Source: Candidatus Dormiibacterota bacterium (lineage in GTDB: Bacteria > Chloroflexota > Dormibacteria > Aeolococcales > Aeolococcaceae). From it: a DNA stretch of 64,000 nt. Location: assembly GCA_963718525.1 (NCBI GenBank), contig OY970355.1, positions 1,344,001 to 1,408,000 of the forward strand, in the 5' to 3' direction. The first letter of the stretch is position 1. Each line of letters starts with the position of its first letter. A program made the position numbers and the translations under genes. A model generated the notes under the pieces. That model was not told the origin of the DNA and did not search any database. It saw only the letters and a list, made by a program, of their open reading frames with translations. Positions 1 through 14,293 of the stretch are shown here, one piece after another.

Positions 1-148
1 GGTCGTCGGCGACGAAGGCCAGTGACATCGAATTCCCGTCCGGTTTTGGTCGCCCCGTGTTGGGACCGAACCCGAAGCTCGCCGCCGCTGCCAGGGAGAA
101 GCTCCCATCGGGGGTGACGGTCAGCTCCGCCGCGGCGGTGTCGGTCAC
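1..148 (-). CDS. 5' part of a gene running off the window edge; possibly DNA-3-methyladenine glycosylase (AlkA family)
   Basis: GTG at 148 just downstream of the DUF2905-like gene; translates MTDTAAAELTVTPDGSFSLAAAASFGFGPNTGRPKPDGNSMSLAFVADD..., which resembles the N-terminus of AlkA-like proteins (recalled, partial only). Confidence 0.4.
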   Translation of the reverse strand, partial: MTDTAAAELTVTPDGSFSLAAAASFGFGPNTGRPKPDGNSMSLAFVADD

Positions 149-159
149 GGCTGGGTCGT

Positions 160-384
160 CTATCCGCGGAGGCGCATGATCAGGTTGATGACCACGGTCA
201 GGACCACGCTGACCACAACGCAGAAGGCCACCGGGAAGAAGAACGAGAAGCCTCCGGTGCTCACCGAGATGCTCCCCGGGAGCTGGGTCACCCCCAGGCG
301 GGTCAGGAGCACGAACACCCCACCCAGCACCAGGAGGAGCGCGCCGGCGATCAGGAGCAGCTTCCCAACGTCACCGAGTGCCAT
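160..384 (-). CDS. small two-TM membrane protein, DUF2905-like
   Basis: GKLLLIAG...LPGSISV...FSFFFPVAFCVVVSVVLT pattern; -10 box TAGAGT 6 nt before the ATG. Confidence 0.75.
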   Translation of the reverse strand: MALGDVGKLLLIAGALLLVLGGVFVLLTRLGVTQLPGSISVSTGGFSFFFPVAFCVVVSVVLTVVINLIMRLRG

Positions 385-390
385 ATCGAC

Positions 391-405
391 ACTCTAAGGT
401 AGAGT
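391..405. promoter_or_regulatory. back-to-back divergent -10 boxes (ACTCTA-AGG-TAGAGT)
   Basis: TAGAGT on the minus strand (391-396) precedes the ATG at 384; TAGAGT on the plus strand (400-405) precedes the pyr leader. Confidence 0.55.
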
Positions 406-414
406 CCGCGAAAC

Positions 415-515
415 GCATCCACTTCAAGCAGGTCCGGAGAGGCCGGCAAGGGATCGCGGCGCCCCCGCGCGGCCGCCCTTTGCCCGGACCGACACGGGCT
501 GGAGGGCGAAGCGCC
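415..515 (+). promoter_or_regulatory. PyrR-binding leader RNA (attenuator-like)
   Basis: AGGTCCGGAGAGGCC at 430-444 fits the PyrR-binding consensus ARUCCNGNGAGGYU; CCCTTTGCCCGGACC (476-490) can pair with GGTCCGG/GGCAAGGG as an alternative fold; SD GGAGGG at 501-506. Confidence 0.8.
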
Positions 516-1445
516 ATGACCGTAACGACTGCGCGAAACCGGATGCTCGGCCACGTGATCAGCGCCGAGCAGTTCGGTCGCGAGTTGCTCGACGTCCTCT
601 TTCTGCGCGCCACGGTCCTCGCAGATGTGCGCGACGACAGGCTGGCGCATCGGATCATGGCGACGATCTTCTACGAGCCGAGCACCCGGACCCGACTGAG
701 CTTCGAATCGGCGATGCTGCGTCTCGGCGGGTCGGTGATCGGGACCGAGGCCGCTCGCACGTTCTCCAGCGCCATCAAGGGCGAAACCCTGGAGGACACG
801 GTGCGCATGGTCTCGACCTACGCGGATCTGATCGTCCTGCGCCATGACGAAGCCGGTTCGGCCGCCCGGGCGGCAGGTGTCGCGTCGGTGCCGGTCGTCA
901 ATGCGGGGGACGGTCCGGGGGAACACCCCACACAGGCGCTTCTCGACCTGTACACGATCGAGCGCGAGCTCGGCCACGTCGACGGGGTGCGCGTGGCATT
1001 CTGCGGTGACCTCCGCTTCGGCCGGACAGCGCGATCGCTTGCGCTCTTGCTCGCGCTCTATCCCCGCGTGCGTCTCTCCTTCGTTGCCCCCGCGGTGATC
1101 CAGGTGGGCAGCGATATCCTCGCCCGCCTCGAGGCTCGCGGCGTCGAGTGCCGGCTCGCCGATCAACTGACCGATGTCATCGACGACATCGACGTCGTCT
1201 ACCAGACGCGCGTGCAGAAGGAGCGCTTCACGGATCCGCTCGAATATGAGCAGGCAAGAATGGCCATCCGCATCGACGGCGCGATCATGCAGCAGCTCCC
1301 AGCCGCGGCGATCGTGATGCATCCGCTGCCGCGCGTCGACGAGATCGCGCCGGAGGTCGATGCGGATCCACGCGCCGCCTACTTCCGGCAGGCGGCGAAC
1401 GGCGTCGCGATCAGGATGGCGCTGCTCGAGATGCTGCTCCTATGA
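516..1445 (+). CDS. pyrB: aspartate carbamoyltransferase catalytic subunit
   Basis: FYEPSTRT, KGETLEDT, HPTQALLD, YQTRVQKERF and HPLPR motifs; ATG 516 after an SD. Confidence 0.97.
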   Translation: MTVTTARNRMLGHVISAEQFGRELLDVLFLRATVLADVRDDRLAHRIMATIFYEPSTRTRLSFESAMLRLGGSVIGTEAARTFSSAIKGETLEDTVRMVSTYADLIVLRHDEAGSAARAAGVASVPVVNAGDGPGEHPTQALLDLYTIERELGHVDGVRVAFCGDLRFGRTARSLALLLALYPRVRLSFVAPAVIQVGSDILARLEARGVECRLADQLTDVIDDIDVVYQTRVQKERFTDPLEYEQARMAIRIDGAIMQQLPAAAIVMHPLPRVDEIAPEVDADPRAAYFRQAANGVAIRMALLEMLLL

Positions 1446-1455
1446 CGGTGCTCCG

Positions 1456-2031
1456 ATGAACGGCCTCGCGCAGCCGCTCGAGAGCAGCCCGCAGCTGCTC
1501 GATGGAGCGGCGCTGCAACGCATCACCATGCGTCTCGCGCACGAGATCACGGAGCGCCACCCCGCATTGGACCGCGTCGTGCTGGTCGGCATTCCGACGC
1601 GCGGCGTCCCGCTCGCCCGCGTCGTGGCGAATCACCTCGTGCAACTGGGACACGCCGCCCCACCCATTGCGGCGCTCGACCCGAGCGCGCATCGCGATGA
1701 CCGTCCGCGTCCGGCGGCCCCGCACGCGGCGCTCGATGACGTCGATGGTGGTCCCATGCCCCGGATCGACGGCTCCGTTGTGATCGTGGTCGACGACGTG
1801 CTCTTCACCGGTCGTACGGTTCGAGCGGCGCTCGATGCCCTCGTCGATTGCGGACGCCCCGCCACCGTCGAGATTCTCGCGCTGATCGACCGAGGCCACC
1901 GCGAGCTCCCACTGCGTGCGACGTACGTCGGCAAGAACGTGCCGACGGCGCCGGGTGATCGCGTGTTCGTGCGCCTTCGCGACGTGGACGGCGTCGACGG
2001 CGCATGGCTGCGCCAAGGTGCCGCTCTGTGA
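1456..2031 (+). CDS. pyrR: pyrimidine operon regulator / UPRTase PyrR
   Basis: RLAHEI, GIPTRGVPLA, VVDDVLFTGRT, DRGHRELP, YVGKNVPT. Confidence 0.95.
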   Translation: MNGLAQPLESSPQLLDGAALQRITMRLAHEITERHPALDRVVLVGIPTRGVPLARVVANHLVQLGHAAPPIAALDPSAHRDDRPRPAAPHAALDDVDGGPMPRIDGSVVIVVDDVLFTGRTVRAALDALVDCGRPATVEILALIDRGHRELPLRATYVGKNVPTAPGDRVFVRLRDVDGVDGAWLRQGAAL

Positions 2032-3363
2032 ATGCGATCCTGCGCGGCGTCCGCGTCATCGACCCGCTCGGGCGTCTGGACGCCGCCGGCCAGGACGTGT
2101 GGATCGACGGCGGGAAGATCCTCGCCATCTACCACCACATCGACGCCGCGGGGGTACCGATCGTCGACCTGACCCCCCCGGCGGGGACGGATCCCTGCGT
2201 GCTGTGCCCGGGGTTCATCGACCTCCACGCGCATCTTCGTCAGCCCGGTGACGACGAGGCCGAGACGTTGGAGAGCGGATCGCGCGCAGCCGCGGCCGGC
2301 GGCTTCACGTCCGTGGTCGCGATGGCGAACACATCACCGCCCATCGACACACCGGAACGTGTCGCGGAAGCTCGCCTTGCCGCCAGCAATCTCCCGGTGT
2401 CGATCCTGCAGGTCGCTGCGCTCACCCGCGACCTCGCAGGCGCGGAGCTCGTCGACATCCGCAAATGCATCGAGGCGGGGGCCGTAGCGGTCGGCGACGA
2501 CGGACGCAACGCCGTGTCGCCGCGCCAGCTTGCCATCGCGCTCGCGGAAGCGGCCCACCTGTCTCGTGGGGTCTTCGTGCATCCCGAGGATGAGGAGATG
2601 ATCGCGCAGGCCAACGCCACCCAGGGATCGGTGACACGCAGCACGATCCGCCCCGCGGAGACGGAGACGCGCGCCGTGAATCTCGCGATTCGCGCGCTCG
2701 CCCATGCGCGGTCCGGACATCTCCATCTCCAGCACCTGTCCGCGGAAGGCTCGGTCGCATCACTGCGCCGTGCGCGCCACCAGGGCCTCGCCGTGAGCGC
2801 CGAGGTCACCCCGCATCACCTGTCGATGTGGCTCCCTATCGCCGAGGAGCCTGACCCGCAGGGGCTCCGCAAGGTGAACCCGCCGCTGCGCGCCGAGCAC
2901 GACAGGAACGCGCTGGTGCGAGCGTTGCGTGAGGGCCTCATCGAGGCGGTGGCGACGGACCATGCCCCGCACCGTGCCGACGAGAAATCGCTGGCGTATG
3001 CGGACGCGGCACCGGGGATGATCGGCCTCGAGACGGCCCTTGCCGCGTGCATCACCATCGGCGGGATGGGCGGAGAGTGGCTGGCCACGCTCGTCGAGCG
3101 ACTGACCGCCGGGCCGCATCGGATTCTCGGGCCGGCTTCGGGCGTGCCGGAACCACGGCTGAGGATCGGTGAGTCGGCGACGTGCACGCTGTTCGACCCC
3201 AACAGCGAATGGACCGTGGGAGAGGCCCCGCTGGAGTCGAGGTCGCGCAACACGCCGCTCATCGGGGCGAGACTTCGCGGCACCGTGCTGCTCACCATGG
3301 CGGGCGGCCGCGTCGTCCACCGCAATGCGGCGCGGGTGCCGCTCGCGCCGGAGCGGGTATCCA

Positions 3364-3371
<8 letters not shown>
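2028..3371 (+). CDS. pyrC: dihydroorotase (type I)
   Basis: PGFIDLHAHLR, EVTPHHL, KVNPPLR, ATDHAPH; GTG start overlaps the pyrR stop. Confidence 0.93.
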
Positions 3372-7994
<4,623 letters not shown>

Positions 7995-7998
<4 letters not shown>

Positions 7999-8843
7999 CC
8001 GCGGATCTGAGCAGGGCAGCTCTCGAGACCGGGGAGGTGCTCGTCGTGGAACGGCTGGGAGGGGGGCTGCTGGAGCTGGTCGTGCGGTTGCCACACCTCG
8101 CGGCGACCGCAATGCCGGGAATGTTCGCCCAGCTGCGCTGCGGCCGCAGCACCTCACCGCTGCTCCGGCGTCCGTTCAGCGTTGCATGGACGCAGGACGA
8201 CACGTGTGGCTTCATCTTCGAGGCGGTCGGCGCGGGCACTCGCCTGCTCGCAGAGCTCGAGCCCGGCGATCCGCTCGACATCCTCGGCCCGCTTGGACAT
8301 GGATTCAGCGTCGCGGACGGTGGATCGGTCGTCTGCGTGTCCGGCGGCCTCGGCTGTGCTCCCTTCCCGCTGCTCATCAACGAGCTCCGGCGCCGGGGCG
8401 TTGAAGACATACTTGTCTTGAACGGGGCGCGCACCGCGACGCGCCTCTATCCCGCTGAGCGATTTGCTCGTCCGGCGGTGCCCCTAGTTGCGGAGGCGAC
8501 CGATGACGGCACTCGCGGCCACCGCGGGTACGTCACCGACCTGCTCCGCCAGGCGCTGGAGTCGCACCCGTCGGCCATCTACGCCTGCGGACCGAACGCG
8601 ATGCTCGGCGCGGTGATGCGAACGCTGCTCGAATCCGGAGCCGATCTCCCTCCGACGCTCGAGGCGTCGCTGGAGGCGCCGATGGGCTGCGGATTCGGCA
8701 CCTGCCTCGGCTGCGCGCTGCCGGTCCGCGGCGAGGATGGATCGCCGGCGTGGCGGCTCTGCTGCACCGACGGTCCGGTCATGCCGATGCGCGACGTCGA
8801 CTGGGATGCTCTCCGCGCGCTCCCGGGAGCGGACGTCGCGTGA
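7995..8843 (+). CDS. pyrK: dihydroorotate dehydrogenase electron transfer subunit
   Basis: LRRPFS, GPLGHGF, GGLGCAP, YACGP, MGCGFGTCLGC...CTDGPV 2Fe-2S motif; GTGA overlap with the carAB stop. Confidence 0.93.
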
Positions 8844-9703
8844 CCGAAAACCGAGCAGGTGGCGTCGATCTCGGGCGCGGCCTGACGCTGGCGAACCAGG
8901 TCGGACTGGCGAGCGGAACCGCTGGATACGGTTTCGAGCTCGAGCAGCTGATCGACATCAATGGCCTCGGGGCGCTGTACACGAAGGGCACGACCGTCCA
9001 GCCCCGCGAGGGCAACCCGCCTCCCCGCGTCGCCGAGACCGGCGGAGGGATGCTCAACAGCATCGGGCTACAGAATCCCGGCGTCGACGTGGTCGCATCC
9101 ACGTACGCGCCGCGCTGGAGGGGCTGGGCGATTCCCATCATCCTGAACATCGCCGGCGGCTCGATTGACGACTACGTGCACTGCACGAGAGTCCTCGAAC
9201 CGATTGCCGAAGTCGCGGGCATCGAGCTCAACATCTCGTGTCCGAACATCGCGCAGGGGCTCGACTTCGGCCGCGATCCGGCTGCGGCCGCTCGACTGGT
9301 CGGCGCGGTGCGAGCCGTCACCGAACGCTGCATCATCGTGAAGCTCAGCCCCAACGTCACTGACATCGGGGCGGTTGCCCGAGCCGTTGAGGAAGCCGGC
9401 GCCGACGCGGTGTCGGCGGTGAACACCTACATCGGCAGAAAGATCCACAGGGCGACCGGCCGGTCAGTGCTTCCCCTCGGCACGGGCGGCCTCAGTGGTC
9501 CTGCGATCCAGCCACTCGCGCTGGCCGCTGTCGCCGCGGTCTGCGAAGCCGTGCACATCCCGGTGATCGGCGTCGGCGGCATCGCGGACGCTGCATCGGC
9601 ACGTGACTTCCTGATTGTCGGAGCCTGCGCGGTGCAGGTGGGGACTGCGACGTTCGTCAACCCGGAGACCGCCCTGCAGGTGCTGGACGGTCTCCGGGGT
9701 TGA
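8840..9703 (+). CDS. pyrD: dihydroorotate dehydrogenase family 1B catalytic subunit
   Basis: ASGT, GNPPPR, NSIGLQNPG, ELNISCPN, KLSPNVTD, GGLSGPAI. Confidence 0.95.
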   Translation: MTENRAGGVDLGRGLTLANQVGLASGTAGYGFELEQLIDINGLGALYTKGTTVQPREGNPPPRVAETGGGMLNSIGLQNPGVDVVASTYAPRWRGWAIPIILNIAGGSIDDYVHCTRVLEPIAEVAGIELNISCPNIAQGLDFGRDPAAAARLVGAVRAVTERCIIVKLSPNVTDIGAVARAVEEAGADAVSAVNTYIGRKIHRATGRSVLPLGTGGLSGPAIQPLALAAVAAVCEAVHIPVIGVGGIADAASARDFLIVGACAVQVGTATFVNPETALQVLDGLRG

Positions 9704-9729
9704 CTGCCGTTACTGACTGACGGCGGACC

Positions 9730-11133
9730 TCAGGCCGGCGTGCCGGCCTCCACCGGCGTCGGACTGAGATGTCCGTTGAGCGACATGACTTCCTCGGGTG
9801 GTTCCATGTCGATCGCGACCTCCCCATGGAGCAGGAGGTCACCAACCTCGAGTTGCTTGTCGGTCATGCGGAGCGGAACGATGAGCCCGACCAGCTTGAT
9901 CACGACAAAGGTTGCCGCCGCGTCGTACACGATGATGAAACCCAGGGCGATCGCTTGGAGGAGCAACTGCTTTGCATTGCCGTAGACGAGGCCGGTCACG
10001 GCGACAGATGCGGTCCCTGCGGTGCCCACGTAGACGATCATGTTCGGCGACGCGAGCACACCGGTCATGAGGCCGCCGAACGCTCCCGCAACGCCATGCG
10101 TATGGAAGACACCGAGCGTGTCGTCGACTCTGCCGGTGAACAACTTGGTCTTGCCCAGAAAGTTCATGGAGAGCCACGGCAGGACTCCGGCACCGATGCC
10201 GATGATGAACGCCGCGTAGCCATTGACGTAACCGGCTCCGGGGGTGATCGCCACCAGGCCGGCGATCATGCCGCTGATCATCCCGATGATGGTCGGCTTC
10301 TTAAGGAAGGCGATGTCCATGATCATCCAGACCAGCAATGCAGTCGCCGTGCACAGATGGGTGTTGAGCACCGCTGCTGATGCGTCGGCGTTGGCGAAGT
10401 ACGGATCACCGCCGTTGAATCCGCTCCAGCCGAGCCACAGGAGTCCCCCTCCGGCGACCGCCAGCATGATGTTGCTCGGCGTGTTGTTCTGCCGGTCCTT
10501 GAGCAGTCGTGGACCGATCACGGCAGCGGCGACGAAGGCGGATACCGCAGCGGCGACATGGATGACGTAGCCACCGCTGTAGTCGACGGCCCCGAGGGCA
10601 CCGAGCCAGCCACCGCCCCAGAGGCTGAAGGCTCCCACCGAGTACACGAGCGTGATCCAGAGCGGGACGAAGAGCGCCCACGCCTTGAAGCTGATGCGCC
10701 CGAGCAGCGCGCCGCCCAGGATGATGACCGTGATCGTCGCGAAGACGAACTGGAAGTACACGAGCGACGACATCGGGAAGCGCAGTGCGGGAATCAGCCC
10801 GGTGAGCAGCGGGATGCTCGCCTGCTGTTCGAGGTCACTCGCTCCGGCAATGGGGTGAGGTATTCCCACAAACGTCGTAGCGGCGCCGGCGACGTGCAGC
10901 GGCTGGCCGAAGCTCATGTCATACGCAAAGAACATCCAGATGACCAAGGTCATCGCGAATGCGTAAACGACCATCAGCGCGGAGTTGACGGCAAACTTGC
11001 GCTTCATCAACCCTGCGTACAGGATCGCGAGGCCCGGGATGCTCATGATCCCGACCAGCGTCGCCGACGTGAGCTGCCACGCCGTATCGCCGGAGTTCAG
11101 CCAGCTTGGATCCGGGGTCAGGGCAGACAACAT
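9730..11133 (-). CDS. amt: ammonium transporter (Amt/Mep family, AMT2/MEP-alpha-like)
   Basis: about 11 TM; FQFVFA, DYSGGYVIH, LWLGWSGFNGG, GLVAITPGAG, DDTLGVFHTHG; SD GAGGTGAGG. Confidence 0.95.
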   Translation of the reverse strand: MLSALTPDPSWLNSGDTAWQLTSATLVGIMSIPGLAILYAGLMKRKFAVNSALMVVYAFAMTLVIWMFFAYDMSFGQPLHVAGAATTFVGIPHPIAGASDLEQQASIPLLTGLIPALRFPMSSLVYFQFVFATITVIILGGALLGRISFKAWALFVPLWITLVYSVGAFSLWGGGWLGALGAVDYSGGYVIHVAAAVSAFVAAAVIGPRLLKDRQNNTPSNIMLAVAGGGLLWLGWSGFNGGDPYFANADASAAVLNTHLCTATALLVWMIMDIAFLKKPTIIGMISGMIAGLVAITPGAGYVNGYAAFIIGIGAGVLPWLSMNFLGKTKLFTGRVDDTLGVFHTHGVAGAFGGLMTGVLASPNMIVYVGTAGTASVAVTGLVYGNAKQLLLQAIALGFIIVYDAAATFVVIKLVGLIVPLRMTDKQLEVGDLLLHGEVAIDMEPPEEVMSLNGHLSPTPVEAGTPA

Positions 11134-11314
11134 TGCGATACCTCACCTCTTACTCTGCTGATGTGCAAATGCACCGACATGCGCCTTGGTCGGAACTTTG
11201 TCAGAGGCAGGCGCTGGGTTCTTCGGCCGCAACGCACAGATACAACGGCCGCGGGCTGTACTCCGCGCACGACTCACACTGGACGCGAAGCACAGGCCGC
11301 AGCCGGCGCTCAGG

Positions 11315-13687
11315 TCAGACGGCTGTGCGCAGGTAGCTCGGGAAGATCTCGACGCCGCCAGGGGGCGCCACTCGCAGCGCAGGGAGGGTAGGGGCAGCCT
11401 CGAATTCCTGAGCGGGCACCGGTCTGCCGGTGAAGTACCCCTGAGCGCGGTCACAGCCAAGCAATGACAGCAATTCCAGCGTCGCCAGCGTCTCGATGCC
11501 CTCGGCGACCACGACCAACCCCAGCGCATGGCCCAGCTCGATGGTGGCGCGCACCAGCTTGGTGTCCTGCTCGCGCCCGCTGACGCTCAGGCCACCGATG
11601 AAGGTGCGATCGAGCTTCAGCTCCGTGATCGGGAGGCTGCCAAGGTAGGCGAGCGAGGTGAACCCCGAGCCGAAGTCATCGATCGACACCCCGACGCCCA
11701 GCGCGCGGAGCTCTTCGATGACACCCTGACAGGCGGTGAAGTCGCGGATGATCGTCGTCTCTGTGATCTCCAGGATCACGGCGGATGCGGGAAGACGATG
11801 GCGCCGGAGCGCCGCGCGGACGAGGTCGGTGAACCCTGGATCGAGGAGGTTCGACGACGAGACGTTGACGGACATGGCGATGCGGCTGCCCGCGCTGCGC
11901 CATACGGCACACTGTGCGAGCGCCTGCTCGAGCACGACTCGCGTGAGCGGCCCCATGAGACCGGCTTCCTCGGCAAGCGGGAGGAACTCCAACGGTGGAA
12001 TCAGGCCGAGCCGGGGATGCGGCCAGCGCACGAGCGCCTCGGCAGCGACGGTCTCCCCGTTGCGCAGATCCACCTGCGGCTGGTAATGCAAGACGAGCCG
12101 CTCACTCTCGACCGCAGCACGCAACTCCTCGACGAGCGCGAGCCGGTTGCCGCCGTCGTCGATCGACGGCGTGTACACCTCGTACGACTGGTGGGTCATC
12201 TTCGCGCGATACATGGCGACGTCCGCACAGCGCATGAGGCCGATGCTGTCACCGGCATCCGCCGGCGCCGTCGCGATCCCGATGCTCGCACTGATCCGCA
12301 CGCTGACCCCGTTGAGGACGAAGGGTTGCTCGAGCAGCGTCGTCAGACGCCGAGCGAGTCCTGCTCCGTACGCGGGATCGCTATCGATGAGCACCGCACC
12401 AAGCTCATCGCCACCGATTCGTACGAGGACGTCGGAGGCCCGTAGCGAGCTCCTCAGCCGCGGTCCGAGCTGTTTGAGCAGCTCGTCCCCTGCGGAGTGC
12501 CCAAACGAGTCGTTGATCTCCTTGAAGTGATCCAGGTCCACGAAGAGGAATGCCATGGTCCTCTGCGGCGTTGACGGATCGGCGAGGTCCTCGAAGTAGG
12601 CATCGAGGATCGCTGTGAGCCGGCGGCGATTGCCCAGCCCGGTGAGCTCGTCCGTGACCGCCTGGCGATGTCGCTCCTCGGTCAGGGCCCGAAGCCCATG
12701 CACGGAAAGCGCGAGGCGCAGCCCGACCACCACGAGCGTGGCGGTGGCCAGACCCACCGCAATCTGGCTGACGTCATGCGCTACCGAACCGACGAACATG
12801 ATCACCAACCCGGCCGCGGCGCCCGCTCCGGGGAGGACGAAGCCAGGCAGCTTTCCGCTCTCAACCAGGTCGCGGAGACCCGGAGGCAACCAGACCGAGA
12901 TCGACATCAGGGTGATCGCAATCGGCCACGCGATGCCGTTGAAGACGATCCCCACCTGTGCGGTCGAACCGAAGAGATTGAACGTGTCTCCGATCCCATT
13001 CACCGCACAGGCGGTGGCGAACAGCAGCCAGGGCATCCGCCGTCCCGGAAGGATGGCGGTGCCGCCCACCACCAGGGCGAGCAGCAGAACGTCGCCGATC
13101 GGGTACACGAGGTCGACCACCACTCCGAAGGGGTTGACACCACCCGTGTCCCCGCCGAGCGACCTGAGGACCGCGTGGAACGCGAACGCGGCGCATACGG
13201 CGGCTGCGCCGAGTCCGGCGATGGCTCCATCCAGCCACGTGGCCGGCAGGAGCCGGCCGATCTCCCTGCGGAGCATGAGCACGATCGCCACGTAGGCCAG
13301 CGGATAAAAGCCCACATAGAACGCGTCGGCCAGTGATGGGTGTGCCGCGATTGACCCACCCCAGGTCTCGGCGGCCAGCACGAGGTCACCGAGCGACCAG
13401 AAGAGCACGGCGGTGCCGAGCACCAGGGGAATCGCCCGGCCCTGCTGGCGGGTGAATCCACGGGCAAGCAGCAGGCCGGCGGCCACCACCTCGTAGATTC
13501 CGACGCCCCAGTCGTCGACCCAAGGCCAGTTCGCGCCCGGAGAGCGGACGAGCAGCGAGACGACGTAAGCGGTGACCAGCGCGCCCATGACCGCATACAC
13601 GACCCAGAGGGCCAACGGGGCTCCCCCGGTCGGTCTGAGGAATGCCGGGGGTGCCCGCCGTTCACGAGGGGCCGCCGAACTCACCAC
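11315..13687 (-). CDS. membrane-bound diguanylate cyclase/phosphodiesterase (GGDEF-EAL)
   Basis: N-terminal multi-TM region; TDELTGLGNRR, DLDHFKEINDSFGH, RIGGDEL, AEALVRW, IDDFGSG. Confidence 0.93.
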   Translation of the reverse strand: MVSSAAPRERRAPPAFLRPTGGAPLALWVVYAVMGALVTAYVVSLLVRSPGANWPWVDDWGVGIYEVVAAGLLLARGFTRQQGRAIPLVLGTAVLFWSLGDLVLAAETWGGSIAAHPSLADAFYVGFYPLAYVAIVLMLRREIGRLLPATWLDGAIAGLGAAAVCAAFAFHAVLRSLGGDTGGVNPFGVVVDLVYPIGDVLLLALVVGGTAILPGRRMPWLLFATACAVNGIGDTFNLFGSTAQVGIVFNGIAWPIAITLMSISVWLPPGLRDLVESGKLPGFVLPGAGAAAGLVIMFVGSVAHDVSQIAVGLATATLVVVGLRLALSVHGLRALTEERHRQAVTDELTGLGNRRRLTAILDAYFEDLADPSTPQRTMAFLFVDLDHFKEINDSFGHSAGDELLKQLGPRLRSSLRASDVLVRIGGDELGAVLIDSDPAYGAGLARRLTTLLEQPFVLNGVSVRISASIGIATAPADAGDSIGLMRCADVAMYRAKMTHQSYEVYTPSIDDGGNRLALVEELRAAVESERLVLHYQPQVDLRNGETVAAEALVRWPHPRLGLIPPLEFLPLAEEAGLMGPLTRVVLEQALAQCAVWRSAGSRIAMSVNVSSSNLLDPGFTDLVRAALRRHRLPASAVILEITETTIIRDFTACQGVIEELRALGVGVSIDDFGSGFTSLAYLGSLPITELKLDRTFIGGLSVSGREQDTKLVRATIELGHALGLVVVAEGIETLATLELLSLLGCDRAQGYFTGRPVPAQEFEAAPTLPALRVAPPGGVEIFPSYLRTAV

Positions 13688-13793
13688 AGCAGCTTTGCCG
13701 ATCTCGTGTTGAATTCCGGTTGCGACTGTGGAACGACAATGACCTCAGGCCGCTAAAAAGGCGGCCGCTCAGTGCAAACGCGGGGGACCTGGA

Positions 13794-14285
13794 ATGGCGG
13801 CAGTTGATCAGGTGGCGGTGAGCATCGTCAGCACCGAGGCGCAGCTTGGGAGGCTCCTCCCGCTGATGCGGGCCTATTGCGATTTCTACCGCGTCGAGCC
13901 CTCGGATGAGGCGCTGCTCTTGCTTTCGCGATCACTGATGGCCGATCCAACCCACGAGGGTGTGCAATTGATCGCCACCGACGGGGCCGCGGACCTGGGG
14001 TTTGCGACCCTCTTCTGGAGCTGGGAAACCACCACCGCAGGGCGCGTCGGCGTCATGAACGATCTGTTTGTTGCCGCCCCGGCGCGAGGTCGCGGCATCG
14101 GCTCGGCGCTGATCGCCGCCTGCCTGGAGCGATGCCGCCATCATGGCGCGGCCCGAATGATCTGGCAGACGGCCGTGGACAACGTGTCCGCCCAGGCGGT
14201 GTACGACCACGTCGGGGCGACCAGAGAAAGCTGGGTCGACTACTGGATCGACACCCGGACGACAGGGACAGCGGAACGGCGCTAG
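13794..14285 (+). CDS. GNAT family N-acetyltransferase
   Basis: NDLFVAAPARGRGIGSALI, WQTAVDNVSAQAVYD. Confidence 0.9.
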   Translation: MAAVDQVAVSIVSTEAQLGRLLPLMRAYCDFYRVEPSDEALLLLSRSLMADPTHEGVQLIATDGAADLGFATLFWSWETTTAGRVGVMNDLFVAAPARGRGIGSALIAACLERCRHHGAARMIWQTAVDNVSAQAVYDHVGATRESWVDYWIDTRTTGTAERR

Positions 14286-14293
14286 GCCGCGGA

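Noticed and set aside
11134-11314. Nitrogen-regulator box or glutamine riboswitch upstream of amt
   Set aside because: No convincing GlnR/TnrA/NtrC or glnA-motif match by eye
13690-13793. Possible c-di-GMP riboswitch upstream of the GGDEF-EAL gene
   Set aside because: Only a 6-bp hairpin (GGCCGC-TAAAAAG-GCGGCC); class I/II consensus elements not found
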